NCBI RefSeq assembly: GCF_006345805.1 | Contig: NC_043006.1 | Coordinates: forward strand, 15,004,001 to 15,068,000 | DNA: 64,000 nt | Origin: Octopus sinensis | Lineage: Eukaryota | Direction: 5' to 3' | Shown: piece after piece, positions 38,094-51,496 of the stretch | Position numbering within the stretch: position 1 is the first letter of the stretch | Layout of the letters: every line of letters starts with the position of its first letter | Position numbers and translations under genes: made by a program | Notes under the pieces: model-generated | What the model saw: the letters and a program-made list of their open reading frames with translations, nothing else | Told to the model about the DNA's origin: nothing | Databases searched by the model: none

Positions 38094-38409
38094 CACGTGA
38101 TCACGTGACAGACCAGACCATCAGATGTTGTTACACATTGCTGGTCACAAGGCGTTCGCATTGTTTTAGCCTTCGAATGACGCCACCCCGCTGGCTAAGT
38201 GAGCAGGCCAACAGAAGAAAGAGTGGGAGAAAGAGTGGGAGAAAGAGTGGTGAAAGAGTACAGCAGGGATCACCGCCCCCTGCCGGAGCCTCGTGGAACT
38301 TTTAGGTGTTTTTGCTCAATAAACACTCACAACGCCCGGTCTGGGAATCGAAACAGCGATCCTACGACCGCGAGTCCGCTGCCCTAACCACTGGGCCATT
38401 GCGCCTCCA

Positions 38410-38410
<1 letters not shown>
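38094..38410 (-). mobile_element. tRNA(Arg)-like-headed SINE, family 3, tail type a
   Basis: Minus-strand head GGAGGCGCAATGGCCCAGTGGTTAGGGCAGCGGACTCGCGGTCG...GTTTCGATTCCC; TCG in the anticodon-like loop. Confidence 0.85.
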
Positions 38411-38451
<41 letters not shown>

Positions 38452-38470
38452 TATATATATATATACACAC

Positions 38471-38572
<102 letters not shown>

Positions 38573-39035
38573 ATATATATACAAGATATATATATATATA
38601 TGCAAGAAAAGGCATAAGTGATGAAATGTACATAGTTATTTATTATTTGTGCATCGTAGACCTACGGCTGTTTCTTATAACCGTAACCGGTGCGTTCATA
38701 GTTCCTATAACTCAATGTTTTTCTATTCCTTTTTTTCAGATTTTATCTTGTATCTATTTCATATTTATTTATTATTTCTATATTTTATTTATAATTTTCT
38801 TTATTATTTCATTTATTTATTTAGTTATTTTCTTTATCATTGAACATGCCAGTCACATTATTACACAAAAGCCCTTGTTCCTTTTAAGAAAATATTATAC
38901 AAAAGCTTTTGTTCCTTCTAGTGCGTGTAAGTTCATACTCTTTATGTCATTGTATTGTAATTCAATGTATCTGAATGTGTCCCACAATCAACTATATATC
39001 ACCCTGTTTATTTGATTTTATTTCTTGTATTCTAT

Positions 39036-39443
39036 TTACTCTTTTACTCTTTTACTTGTTTCAGTCATTTGACTGCGGCCATGCTGGAGCACCGCCTTTA
39101 GTCGAGCAAATCGACCCCGGGACTTATTCTTTGTAAGCCCAGTACTTATTCTATCAGTCTCTTTTTTGCCGAACCGCTAAGTGACGGGGACGTAAACACA
39201 CCAGCATCTGTTGTCAAGCGATGCTAGGGGGACAAACACAGACACACAAACACACACATATATATATATATACATATATACGACAGGCTTCTTTCAGTTT
39301 CCGTCTACCAAATCCACTCACAAGGCATTGGTCGGCCCGGGGCTATAGCAGAAGACACTTGCCCAAGATGCCACGCAGTGGGACTGAACCCGGAACCATG
39401 TGGTTGGTTAGCAAGCTACTTACCTCACAGCCACTCCTGCGCC
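39036..39443 (-). mobile_element. Family-1 SINE, complete
   Basis: Reverse complement of the 32-590 architecture with an uninterrupted AAGTAGCTTGCTAAC site. Confidence 0.92.
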
Positions 39444-39669
39444 TATATGTGTATACAAAAGCAACAAATTAAGGGATAAATAAAATATTATAGTTGTATA
39501 TTTGTTTGCCGTATGTTATTTATCTTTACGTAGTCTGTTTTTATTTTTGGCTTGGTATCATTTTATCTTTACTTTCTTATCTTACCATTTATCCTTTATT
39601 TTGCCTTATTGTATTGGCATTTAATTTTCTTAATTTCTAACCCCTCTATTTTTTCCATTTTATTTTTTA

Positions 39670-41147
39670 CTAGCGGAGATACCCGGTAATACCCGGGAAC
39701 GGGAATATTCCCAGTAGCCTAATTTCTCTCAGATGGAAAATGAAATCATCACATAGGACAGATAATAGAAGGTGTAAGCAAATTCATTCACGAAATAGTA
39801 ATATAAATGTGGAAGCACTCCGTCGGTTACGACGATGAGGGTTCCGGTTGATCCGATCAACGGAACAGCCTGCTCGTGAAATTAACGTGTAAGTGGCTGA
39901 GCACTCCACAGACACGTGTACCCTTAACGTAGTTCTCGGGAATATTCAGCGTGACACAGAGAGTGACAAGGCTGGCCCTTTGAAATACAGGTACAACAGA
40001 AACAGGAAGTAAGAGTGAGAGAAAGTTGTGGTGAAAGAGTACAGCAGGGATCACCACCATCCCCTGCCGGAGCCTCGTGGAGCTTTAGGTGTTTTCGCTC
40101 AATAAACACTCACAACGCCCGGTCTGGGAATAGAAACCGCGATCCTACGACCGCGAGTCCGCTGCCCTAACCACTGGGCCATTGCGCCTCCTAGTAATAT
40201 AAATAAATACGTATGGAATCGTTTGGTCAGATGAGTGGAAAGCTGCAAAATATATATAATCAATGGAAGCATCAAGAAGGGAATTGTAAAGGAGAGCTAT
40301 GAAAAAAAAAACAAAAAAAAACAACAAAAAAAAACAAACAAAAAGGTTTGAAAAGTAAATAAAAAATTATTTAGAGAAAAGAGATTTTATACTTACAAAA
40401 ACAAATGGAATGCAGAGGAGACAACGTGGAAGTCATAACAGTCGTAAGACGCTATGATAAGGAATCAAAAGCGTACAAAAATGACGATTTTTGTTATTTT
40501 TGGACAAATTCTCTTGCAACCCGAGAAAAAATTTTAAGAGCACATGTACTTAATTTGACGACTGTGTTTCATGGTTATAGTTCCACTGATCGTGAGAATC
40601 AAACATCGATTGCAACAGTCAGAACCGACAACGTTGCAACGTTTAGAATCGATAATTTTAAGTGCAGGTGTTAAGAAAATACATTTTACGGCAACATGAG
40701 AATGCTGGAATATTTTATGAATATTTTAACCCCACAACAAATTAGGCCAAATTTCGTTAATCAGTAAATCAAAAGTCACCTTACGCTTTGCTTGAGTGGC
40801 CTAGGTAAAAATTTATTTGTCTCAACCCGTCCTTAGTGCATGTTCCATCTGTGTATAAAATTTCAAGAAAATCGGTTGAAAACTTTAAAAGTTATGGCAG
40901 AAAATAACATTCATAAGAGAAGTTGCATTGAAATGTCCTATTGATTTTTGAAAAATCGATGCTGATTTAAAATTATCGTGTTTTTTTTTTTAATTGCTAG
41001 TGCGTAAGTGACTGCATGGGCATAAGACCCTCACACGTGTCAAGTTTCATCATGATCGGTTGGATAGTCTCGGAGGGGTTGAAGTAACAAATTCACAAGC
41101 ACATACAGAGCCACAAACAGACAGAAATTGCCATTTATGTATATAGA
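39670..41147 (-). mobile_element. Non-autonomous Helitron-like element carrying a nested SINE
   Basis: On the minus strand it starts A|TCTATATACATAAA and ends with a CCCGG-GTATTA-CCGGG hairpin then CTAG|T. Confidence 0.78.
39812..40191 (-). mobile_element. Family-3 SINE, tail type b
   Basis: Head and core near-identical to 38094-38410; the distal 3' part differs. Confidence 0.85.
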
Positions 41148-43235
41148 TTTTTAACGTCCTATAGAAATTCCCGCATTACTTTGAATATTTAGAGAAATAA
41201 AGCTATCTTAAAGAAGCACAATCTAAACATGCTACACCGACGATGACGACGACGACGACGACAACAACAACAACAACAACCATAATGTAATAGTAATCCA
41301 AGTAATAATGATCTAGATGTAAAATTTAACTAAAAGTAAACCACTAGAGAATGTGACGTGTATCAAATTTCAATACCACATGTTGATATGTTCGGTTTTG
41401 GTAACAGACTAGATTAGTCAAGGTTGATGACTTGAGAAGGATGACATAGTTTCTTTGTAAATATAACGGTCACCAGCTTCTATTCAATCTCCTTCCTTCA
41501 TTTTCTGGTTTCTTCTCTCTCATTTTCCTTCTTCTTTTTTCTCACCTCTTCTATTTTGTTCTTTTTCTTCACTCCTCTTTCCCTCTCTGTATTGCTTTCG
41601 TTTTCGTATAATTTACCACACGGTGCGCGGCCTCTGAAAATGATACTATTTGTTAAGGTCGTTCAATTCTTTCAGTCGACCGATTGAATAAACAGAACTA
41701 GGAATGCACCGTTAATGCATATGAAAACTAGCTGTAAGTGTACGATTCAAAAATAATTAATTATGTAAAGCCTTATTTAGGCCTTTTCTTGTAAATCACT
41801 CAGAAAAAAATCCCATATCAATTGCAGAATGCAACCATGGATTTACTAAGTCGATTGGTGATAAACTTCAACTTTGGATCTTCTCTTAGGATTAGCAGGG
41901 GTTCTATACCAATCTCAAAACTTTTTGGTACTCTGGTGTATTTGTATCAACAGAGAGCTTGAGAAGTATTTTCCCAGATTGATAATCCTTTACTAATAAC
42001 TATATATTTTCTACTTGTTTCAGTCATTTGACAGTGGCCGTACAGGGGTACCGTCTTGAAGGATTTCAGTCGAACAAGATAATCTCAAGACTTATTTTTT
42101 TAAACCTAGTACCTATTCTGTTGGTCTCTTTTGCCGAACCGCTGAGTTATGGGGACGTAAACACACCGGCACCGATTGTCAAGCAGGGGGGGGGGGCAAA
42201 CGCACACACAAAGACATACAGTCTTCGACATGTCCACATACCTATGTTGTCACATACGTCTATATATGTCCACTACACACACACAAACATAGACATACAC
42301 ATACATATACACATATGTACACATATATATAGATACAATATTGATTATAAGGATAATTAAAAATTTGAAATTCAAACTTTATGTGTATTTACAGTTGGTT
42401 TATTATTTTTATTGTACTTTACACTCTAAGTAGCCAAGAAAAAAACTAACGTCGGATGGGAGTTAAAGGAAATTTACCATAAAACGTACCATCTGAAGGA
42501 ACCAGCCTTTACATAGAGAAATTCGGTATCTGGCTTACTATATATAAATACATATAAGCATATATACGCATACGCACACACACGTATATATATATATATA
42601 TATCCACATATACCACGATATATACACCCATACATGCGTGCAAAGACATATAAATAAATATAAATTTTTACATACACACACACAAGCGCGCGTATACTTT
42701 TGTCCCCATCGCTGCCCTTTTTATTTGTAAAAGGAACAGCGATGGTGACAAAAGTCGCCGCTACTTACGCAGCACTCATAATGGCAGGGTGGGGGTTCTT
42801 AGAAGACAACCTCCATTCCTAAATACCAGAAATATTTAACCAACAATTCTCGATTTACATAAAGAACAATTGGAAATGATATTTAGATGGCTGCTTTATA
42901 TTTTAGGACAAAAATCAAGAAAACCTTTCACTCACTTTTAAATAACTTACATGCCACGAGAAAATTTACTATAGAATGGGATACGAAAGAACTACCATTT
43001 TTGGACATGAATATTGTCATCTTTATAAAGATGGCTGTCCAATGGACACACAGCGATACTTGAATTTTCATTCCTCCAATCCTTCATATACAAAAAGAAA
43101 CATATCCTTTACTATGGCAACACGAGTTTGCAATATAATAATAAACACAGCGTTAAGGGATAAAAGACTGTAAGAATAAAAATATTTTTAGAAAAACAAG
43201 ATACCCTACTAGACTTATTGCCTCGGCTATTACCT

Positions 43236-43466
43236 ATTTCTTTATTACCCACAAGGGGCTAAACACAGAGGGGACAAACAAGGACAGACATAGGTATTAA
43301 GTCGATTACATCGACCCCAGTGCGTAACTGGTACTTAATTTATCGACCCCGAAAGGATGAAAGGCAAAGTCGACCTCAGCGGAATTTGAACTCACAACGT
43401 TGCGCCAGTCGAAATACCGCTAAGCATTTCGCCCGGCACGCTAACGTTTCTGCCAGCTCGCCGCCT
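43236..43466 (-). mobile_element. Family-2 SINE
   Basis: Reverse complement of 23617-23845. Confidence 0.92.
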
Positions 43467-43905
43467 TTATTACCAAAGAGAAAAACATTCCCACCACAGA
43501 ACCCAGAAGAAAACAAACATACAAAAATAGAAAAGAATTCATAAACATCCCCTTTGTTGTCACTCGCAACCCAAGAAACCACGACATTCTCAATACTGTT
43601 TAAAGATACCTCCCAATTCTTCAACAGTCCTTTAAAATGAATAAACTAATGACAGAATCAGACATAATATATGGTAGACGCCAAACACGCAACCTATAAA
43701 AAGCTTTTAATTAAAGCAAGATTTACAGCTAAAGAAGCAACAAAGAGTTTTAAAATGTGGTGACTCATTACAGAACATACAATTACATTAGACAAGGAGT
43801 GCAAATCATCTTTAAAAACAACGTTTTAAAAATCAATGCAAATATGGATTGCAAATCCAGAAGCCTGATGTACTGTGACACTTTCCCAGAATGCAAAGAA
43901 TACTA

Positions 43906-46195
43906 TCAGGCTGATTAAAAATTAAGCATCGTTTTGAAACATGAAATCCATCACAATATATTTCAACAATGCGGAAATTTTATTTATCAAAGTAAGTATC
44001 ATTACAATCAATACATTTTTGCCAACGAGTTATAAGTTTGTTTATTCCGGTAACATAAAAATATGGAGTTCTGGAGCTGATGAACTCTTTGAACGCACTT
44101 TCAGCATCGGTTTGATTTTTGAACTCCTCTCGCAGGAAACCATCAAGGTGCTCGAAAAAGTGGCAGTGAGTAGGAGAAAGGTCTGGGGAATAAGCTGGTT
44201 GGGGAAGAACTTCGTAGCCAAGTGCCCTCAACTTCGGCAGCGTCATTAGTAAAACTTGTAGACGAGCAGTGTCATGAAGAATGATTGGTCCTCTTCTGTT
44301 GATTAGTCAGGGACGGAAGTGTAGCAGTTTTTCGTTAATTTTGGCAATTTCATGGCAATATCTTTCTGCAGTAATGATTTTTTCCGGGTTTTAAGAAGTT
44401 ATAGTGGATGAGTCCAGCAGTACACCACCAAACAGTCACCATAACCTTCTTTTTGAAGAGCTCGTGTTTAGGGAAGGTTTTCGATGCTTCATTTTGGTCC
44501 AACCACCGCGAAGAACGTTTTTTTTTTTTATTATAGTACTGAATCTCCTTTCCATCGCAAGTTACAATACGGTCGAGAAATACATCGGTCTGGTTATAGA
44601 GAAGAAGCGACGAGCAAATTTCATATGTGCGCATTTTCTGATTTTCATTCAAATCGTGTGGTACCCATTTGTCTAGCATTATTTATATTTTCCGATCGTA
44701 TGCGAATGGTTGCAGGAAGATTGGCTAATTTGAAGTTCTTTTGCCAGATCTCGAGTGGTTTCAGTGGACCTTTCTCAATGATGGTCTTTGATTGAGCATC
44801 ATCGATGACAGATGTTTGGTGGTTGGGTGTTCTGTTGGTTGTTGTTTTTTGTTTTGTTGTCGGGCTAGTGGGGTGGCTGGGGAGGGTCGTTTTCTGGAGT
44901 ATATTTCCCACCCTTCACCTTTGGCTCCTTCCATTTTCTCTACCTCTGTTTCATTTTCAGATGTTTCCTCACTTGGTTCTTCATTTGTTTTCTTTTCCTT
45001 TTATTTTTCGACAGGTAGGGAAATCGCTGCTTTTTCGCGGGGAGATTGGCACTCGGTCCCAATGTGGCCTTTTTGGCTACATTTGTAGCGATGAAGCTTC
45101 CCCGCCTCTACCGTGACTCTCAGCTTAGTCTCCTCCACCTGTATAGTTTCTATAATATTTACTAAATCAGCAGGGGCTGCTTGTATAATCATTTCGAGCT
45201 CTTGCTCCGGCCAATTCCAGCTCTTGGGCTTGGAGGATTGTAATTTTATCCAAGCGAGGTCTACTTCGGGTGGGATGTCTCCTACATTAATCTTGAAAGT
45301 CCGCCTTCCAAGATATGTAGGTAGGAGTACCACCTCCACCGTTTTTAATGGTGTCGTCGACACTTGTTTCGCCTTTTCTACCGTTTTACACCGGACTTCT
45401 ATTGTAGCATACTTCACTTCTCTTGTGGTGTATGCCACGTCATTCCAAACTGAACGGAGGGACAGCTCCACTGCTTCCTTACTCGCATTGTCCAGTTTGT
45501 TTTTGTTTTTACAACAAACGACTTGTAAATGACCGTGCAGCATAATGCATTGTGGGCGGTTTCACGGGAGGGGTAATAACAGTTTCGCTCCCCTTCCTTT
45601 TCATAATTCCTTTATACTTTTCTAACTCGTCACCTCCGCAGTTTGATTAACTTTCTTGAAATAGCGGCAGCTGTCCCAACGTTGCTTCCCTTTTTCCCCA
45701 GTATAAAATCTTCTCCAGATGGCATGTTTATCAATGCTGTGCTGTTTTCTGTGCCTTTGGCACTCTCCAGGAACTTATACCAGGTTCATTAACAGTTTTT
45801 GACAATTTAATTGGCGATTTATCCATGTTTTGTCTTTTTTTTCAACAAGGAGTAAAACGTGAACAAAGTACTGCAGAAAAATAGGTGTTTAAAAAACACT
45901 CAACAAAAATTCAACATCGTAATAATTCAACTGTGCAAATTCAACAAATTAACCACAGATATTGCAACTTACGCCAAACTTTTCGAACAATGCCACAAAC
46001 ATACACAAACAAAACGAGATGACTGGAGCAATGGTGAAAAAATTATCATCGTTAATTTATTGATGCATTTGGGCAAGTCTATGTATGTGTTATCAGACAG
46101 TTGCAAAAAACTGTTTAAAAATATTCAAAACTCTGCAAAAGTCCGGTACAAATTCTTCATGGTTCAAACTGCTGCTTACTTTTTACTCAACCTGA
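43906..46195 (-). mobile_element. Mariner transposon with both TIRs and TA TSD, interrupted by element E
   Basis: TIRs TCAGGCTGATTAAAAATTAAGCA and TCAGGTTGAGTAAAAAGTAAGCA; TA at 43904-43905 and 46196-46197; LDKWVPHDL, IVTCD, YSPDLSPT motifs. Confidence 0.9.
44816..46040 (-). mobile_element. Tx1-like ORF1 element E, 3' end missing
   Basis: KRKGSETVITPP; VKYATIEVRC; INVGDIPPEV; eroded knuckle KCSQKGHIGTEC; T-rich 5' UTR. Boundaries are approximate. Confidence 0.75.
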
Positions 46196-46847
46196 TACAT
46201 CGGATGAACGGGTATTAAGATTGCATGAGAGTATAAGGATACATAAGCAACAAATTCATGACACCTTCATTTGAAACGCATCTACTGAACATTTTTTTAA
46301 ATGTAACGAAAGAAAATTCAAAATATTTCCATTTTTTTAAAATATGGACAGAAAACGAACATTTTCGGAAAGTCAAAGAAGAATATTTTAAGAAGAATAT
46401 CTTAATACACATCAAAACTGAACAAAGAATAATACTTAATCTACCGAAATTATTATTACAACAATTTTGAATCCACATGTAAACGTCAATAAAATATTGC
46501 TTGTACATGCGTATGTGTGCATGTTTGTGTGTATATATGTGTGTGTACATATATATGCATGTGTATGTATATATGTGTGCGTATGTGTATTGTATATATA
46601 ACATATATTTATATTTATGTATGTATGTGTGCGTATATATATCTATATGTGAGTGTATATATCTTTATGTATGCGTATATATCTATATGTGTATGTGTGT
46701 GTGTGTGTGTGCTTTTAAGTGAGAAACCTGCATGAGTCACAATTTATAAGCACTTAATAATTCATAAACATCTAATTATCAGAAAATTATCAGAAAAGCC
46801 ATATCTATTCTTTTTCAAACACACACATACACACACGCACACACGCA

Positions 46848-46899
<52 letters not shown>

Positions 46900-47051
46900 A
46901 TATACACATATATATGCATATATATATATTTTTTAAAATATATATATGTATATATATATATATATATTTAAATATATATATGTATATACATAAATGTACA
47001 CACACACACAATGTGCTGACTCCATGTGGTCAGAGATAAATATAATTTATT

Positions 47052-47646
47052 TAAAGGTTACAATGCATGTATTAAATCGATACTAAATTTCATATGTTGA
47101 AAAAAAACCAAACATATTCTACAGGCGCAAACACATATCATAATGAACTAAAGAAATTGAATAATAGAAGAAACGCGAAAAAACTGGGAAGGCAGCATAT
47201 AAAAAACACTGACAGTAAACAACGGAAAAAAAACGGAAAACGAAAAACTAAAGTGTCAGAAATAGAAAATAAAAGGTAAAAAGTAAAAAGGTGAAAAGAG
47301 CTATCCTCAAGGGACAAGGCTAGAAAGATATCAAGTCAGTCAGGAATAGATGGAATTTTCCAGTTCTTCAGAATATATTTATACATATGCATGCAACCAC
47401 TGAAAATTTCTGACCTGGAGCTAGGGATATTAGATCTGAACAGGATCTGCGCTATTTTTCGTTTTTCGTTTTCCCTTGTATACTGTCTGCATTTTCTATA
47501 TGCTGCCATCTCAGTTCTTTTGTGTTTCTTCTATAATTCAAATTCTTCAGTTCATTATGATATGTAGTTTGCGCCCGAAGAGTGTGTTTGGGTTTTCTCA
47601 ACATATGAAACTACTAGTAGCGCTTTAATACATGTATTGTGACCTT

Positions 47647-47648
<2 letters not shown>
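47052..47648. mobile_element. Foldback/MITE-like element with diverged inverted arms of about 200 bp
   Basis: 47052-47250 aligns to the reverse complement of 47455-47648 (e.g. CATATCATAATGAACT/AGTTCATTATGATATG). Confidence 0.75.
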
Positions 47649-47678
<30 letters not shown>

Positions 47679-47801
47679 TGTATGTATGTATGTATGTATG
47701 TATGTATGTATGTATGTATATGTATGTATATATATGTATATATATATACATTAATATATATATATACATGTGTGTGTGTTTGTATATGTATATATATATA
47801 T

Positions 47802-48260
47802 AATCATCGTTTAACGTCCGCTTTCTATGCTGGCATGGGTTGGACGGTTTGACTGAGGACTGGTGAGCCAGAGGCTGCACCAGGCAGAATCTGACCAGGC
47901 AAAGTTTCTACGGTTGGATGCCCTTTCTAACGCCAACCACTCCGAGAGTGTAGTGGGTGCTTTTACGTGCGTCCGGCACGAGGGCCAGTCAGGCGGTTCT
48001 AGCAACGACCACGCTCAAAGGTTGTCTTTACGTGCTACCTGCACGGGAGCCTGCCCGGCGGCACTGGAAATGACCACGCTCGAATGTTGTTTTTCACGTA
48101 CCACCGGCACATGTGCCAGTTGGGCGACGCTGGCAACGATCACACTCGAATGGTGCTTTTCACGTGTCACCGGCACGGGAGCCAATCCGTGGCCCTGGCA
48201 ACGATCACGTTCGGATGTGCTTTTAACGCTCCGTTGGCACGAGTGCCAATCAGGCGGTAC
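47802..48260 (-). mobile_element. Non-autonomous retroelement with an RTE-like 3' tail and internal tandem units of about 60 bp
   Basis: Minus-strand tail CCGTCCAACCCATGCCAGCATAGAAAGCGGACGTTAAACGATGAT; repeated GGCAACGATCAC.CTCGAATG.TG.TTTT.ACG units at 48000-48260. Confidence 0.6.
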
Positions 48261-48267
48261 AACATCA

Positions 48268-48299
<32 letters not shown>

Positions 48300-48690
48300 A
48301 CATAGTCTTAATTGAGAAAGAAAACTAACTATGCTGGATCATAGATATAGCACGCCCAGCTGACAAGGTATGCGATAAGGAAGAAAAAAAGTCGAGAGAT
48401 ATGACAGATTAGCTTGGGAAGTTAAGCAGTTGTGGTCGATGAAAACGATAGCAGTAGTACCAATAATTGTCGGAGACCTGGGAACAGTGAGCAAAAATCT
48501 CGAGAAGTGCATGGAACAAATAGGGGCTGCAATAATTATTAAGTGCTTGGAACCGCTCGAATACTTTGGAAGGTGCTCGAAAAATAAGAGGTGTTAACTT
48601 AGTTCACTGGTAGTGAACAGCTGACACTGTAGTACATCTCCAGCGTTAGAAGCTGTGCAAAGGCAATACTACTACTACTACTACTACTAT

Positions 48691-48784
<94 letters not shown>

Positions 48785-48889
48785 GCTACTGCTGCTGCTG
48801 CTGCTGCTGTTACTGCTGCTACTGTTGCTGCTGCTGCTACTGCTGCTGCTGCTGTTGGACTACTACTACTGCTGTTGCTGAGGCTGCTG

Positions 48890-48941
<52 letters not shown>

Positions 48942-48979
48942 ACTACTACTACTACTACTAATAATAATAATAATAATAA

Positions 48980-49152
48980 CATCGAAAAATACCCTAGGAA
49001 TGAGAACCAGGTTCGAAATTTCCTCAAGACACCTGATGAAGGCTGGAAGGTATATCAGCCGAAACATTGTGCCAACAACAAACAAGATGAGGACAAATGT
49101 AAATAATGCAAATAATGTACATAATTCCTCATCTCTTAAATATAGAACTGTA
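48980..49152 (+). mobile_element. Short (about 170 bp) hammerhead-bearing repeat embedded in a trinucleotide microsatellite
   Basis: GACAC-CTGATGA-A-GGCTG..CAGCC-GAAA-CATT-GTGCC at 49028-49073; the stem III pair is C/A, so probably decayed. Confidence 0.6.
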
Positions 49153-49445
49153 CTACTACTTTTAATAAAAACATCAACTCTACCTAAATTTCTTTGTCTC
49201 TCTCCCTCTCTTTTTCGTTCTCTCTCTCTCTTTGCCACCGCCCTCACCGTCTCTATAGCTACTATCACTCTCACCCAATCATGAGGAACAGTAAGAGTGT
49301 CATTGAATAGTGAGAGAGGAGGGTCTAAGTGTGACACACTGACACAGAAATTAGTTTTCGCATTTATATTATGTATGTATGTATGTATGTATGTATGTAT
49401 GTATGTATGTACGTATGTACGTATGTACGTATGTACGTATGTATG

Positions 49446-49538
<93 letters not shown>

Positions 49539-49869
49539 GGAACAAAAGCGCAATAGAAGATATTAAAACGTTCGGACAGATGATACAAAGGCGGACAAGA
49601 GAAACAACAATTAGAAGGACAGGCAAAGAAAGACGGGTCATTCGTGGCTTTCTTCTTCAGTCAAGTTCCAGAAGTCACGACCATTTAGGGCAGTTACACT
49701 TGAGATGGTTCGATTTGGTTGCCCCCCCAATCTAAGCTAAGAGCATTAGACACCTTTGTAAGAAAACCAGCGAATGTGTACGACAACGAAGACAAAAAAT
49801 ATCAAACAAACATGGTACACAATTACTAATATAAGCAACAAGAAATAACAACAAGTGTCTTTATATATA

Positions 49870-49901
<32 letters not shown>

Positions 49902-49915
49902 ATATATATATATAT

Positions 49916-50034
<119 letters not shown>

Positions 50035-50645
50035 GTGATACCACAAAGCACCAATATTTACTGGAAAATAGTAATCGATACAAATACGGCGCTATTGTAT
50101 AGCTTCACTGCGTATTTACTAGCAAAGACGTGCGTGTGCAACAAACATGAAAATTTGTCTTACCTCTAGGAAGAACATTCGATAGAATCGGATAGTGCAG
50201 GACCGGTTTCTAACTCTTCAAATACGTTTGACAACATAAATTTGATTAGTCTTCATCAGCTGCATTTACCTAGACAATATTTCAAATGTTGCCACCTCAA
50301 TGCCAGTATACTCGCCTGAACGCCTGGCCGTTAACAGAACGAGAACAGTGAAGGAGTTTTCAATGAAAACTTATATATATATTAGTATATTGATATATCT
50401 AGTAATGGTGGTGCATACGTAATGCAACAAGTATTTAAAAAACATAACAAGAAATCAATATAAGATGAGGAAAAGATACATAAGCTAAATATATTATTAA
50501 ATGTTTATTTATGCGAGACAATTCTATATATGCTTTGATAGTATTAATTCATCTTCGCGAATGCATATATTATTTCTGCGCTAGTTGCTATGTCCACACT
50601 AGTGTTATCTATTTATATGAAATAAAAAATGGTACATGTGTCGAT

Positions 50646-50730
50646 TCATTACGGCCGTTTCAAATGGATCCATTTAATTGATTAATGAAAACATTACATC
50701 AATTTGAAATAAACCGTTCTCGTCAGATGA
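50646..50730 (-). ncRNA. Minimal type-I hammerhead motif
   Basis: Minus strand: TCAT-CTGACGA-GAACGG...CCATTT-GAAA-CGGCCG-TA-ATGA; palindromic stem III, GUA triplet, 4-bp stem I. Confidence 0.7.
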
Positions 50731-50769
50731 CCGCATAGACTTCAAACATAAACGATAAACTATTTTTTA

Positions 50770-51496
50770 ACAACGTAAGGTATACTAGCCATCTCAATAT
50801 GGCTAACCACTAAGGGTGGGTGTTACTGTAGCTTGTAGCCCCAGGAGATCATCGTCTCCAGCTGGCTTTAGGCACACTATCTGTGCCCTTATGGTATTTG
50901 CAAAGGGAGGTCATCCTTCCCTCAGCAACCTAAGTGATACACACGGACTGCAGTTTCTAGGTATTTGCCTGTCTTCGGCGTACGGCAATCACCGGTTTTC
51001 GATGAAGGGAGACCGTTTGCAAATCCTCATTTATTGTTTTTCCAGTAACTTTTCGTCACTGAATTCGAAAAACTGTCTGCAAGCAATAATAAATCTCTCA
51101 ACGAGATGTAAACAGTAAGCGCTCGACAACGTGAAGTATACTAGCCATCAATATGGCTAACCACTAAGGGTGGGTGTTACTGTAGCTTTTAGTCCCAGAT
51201 GATCATCGTCTCCAGCTGGCTTTAGGCACACTTTCTGTGCGCCGAAGACAGGCAAATACCTAGAAAGTGCAGTCCGTGCGTATCACTTAGGTTGCTGAGG
51301 GAAGGATGACCTCCCTTTGCAAATACCATAAGAGTACAGAAAGTGTGCCTAAAGCCAGCTGGAGACGATGATCTCCTGGGGCTAAAAGCTACAGTAACAC
51401 CCACCCTTAGTGGTTAGCCACATTGAGATGGCTATTATACTTTACGTTGTCGTGCAGTTACTGTTGATATCTCGTTCAGAGATTTATTATTGCTTT
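50770..51496. repeat. Unit of about 355 bp present as one full copy, a truncated second copy and an abutting inverted copy
   Basis: GTATACTAGCCAT..GGCTAACCACTAAGGGTGGG starts near 50780 and 51136; the inverted copy runs 51241-51496. Confidence 0.9.

Larger units (their letters stand above)
42780..46500 (+). pseudogene. Penelope-like element (RT end to GIY-YIG) interrupted by a SINE and a mariner
   Basis: KFTIE..LPFLD..DTQRYLNF.S.NP..TKRNI.F; IPFV..NPRN; DCKS.SL.YC..C.EY|YIG*TG across the mariner; FKIFPFFK..RKVKE.YF. Confidence 0.82.

Noticed and set aside
38340-38410. tRNA-Arg gene (also heads at 25480-25546 and 40120-40191)
   Set aside because: A and B boxes are present, but there is no acceptor-stem closure and the sequence continues into a SINE body.
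44795-44815. GTCATCG next to element E matching part of the C/D target
   Set aside because: Only 7 nt, part of the mariner coding sequence (SVIDD), and E's true 3' end is deleted.
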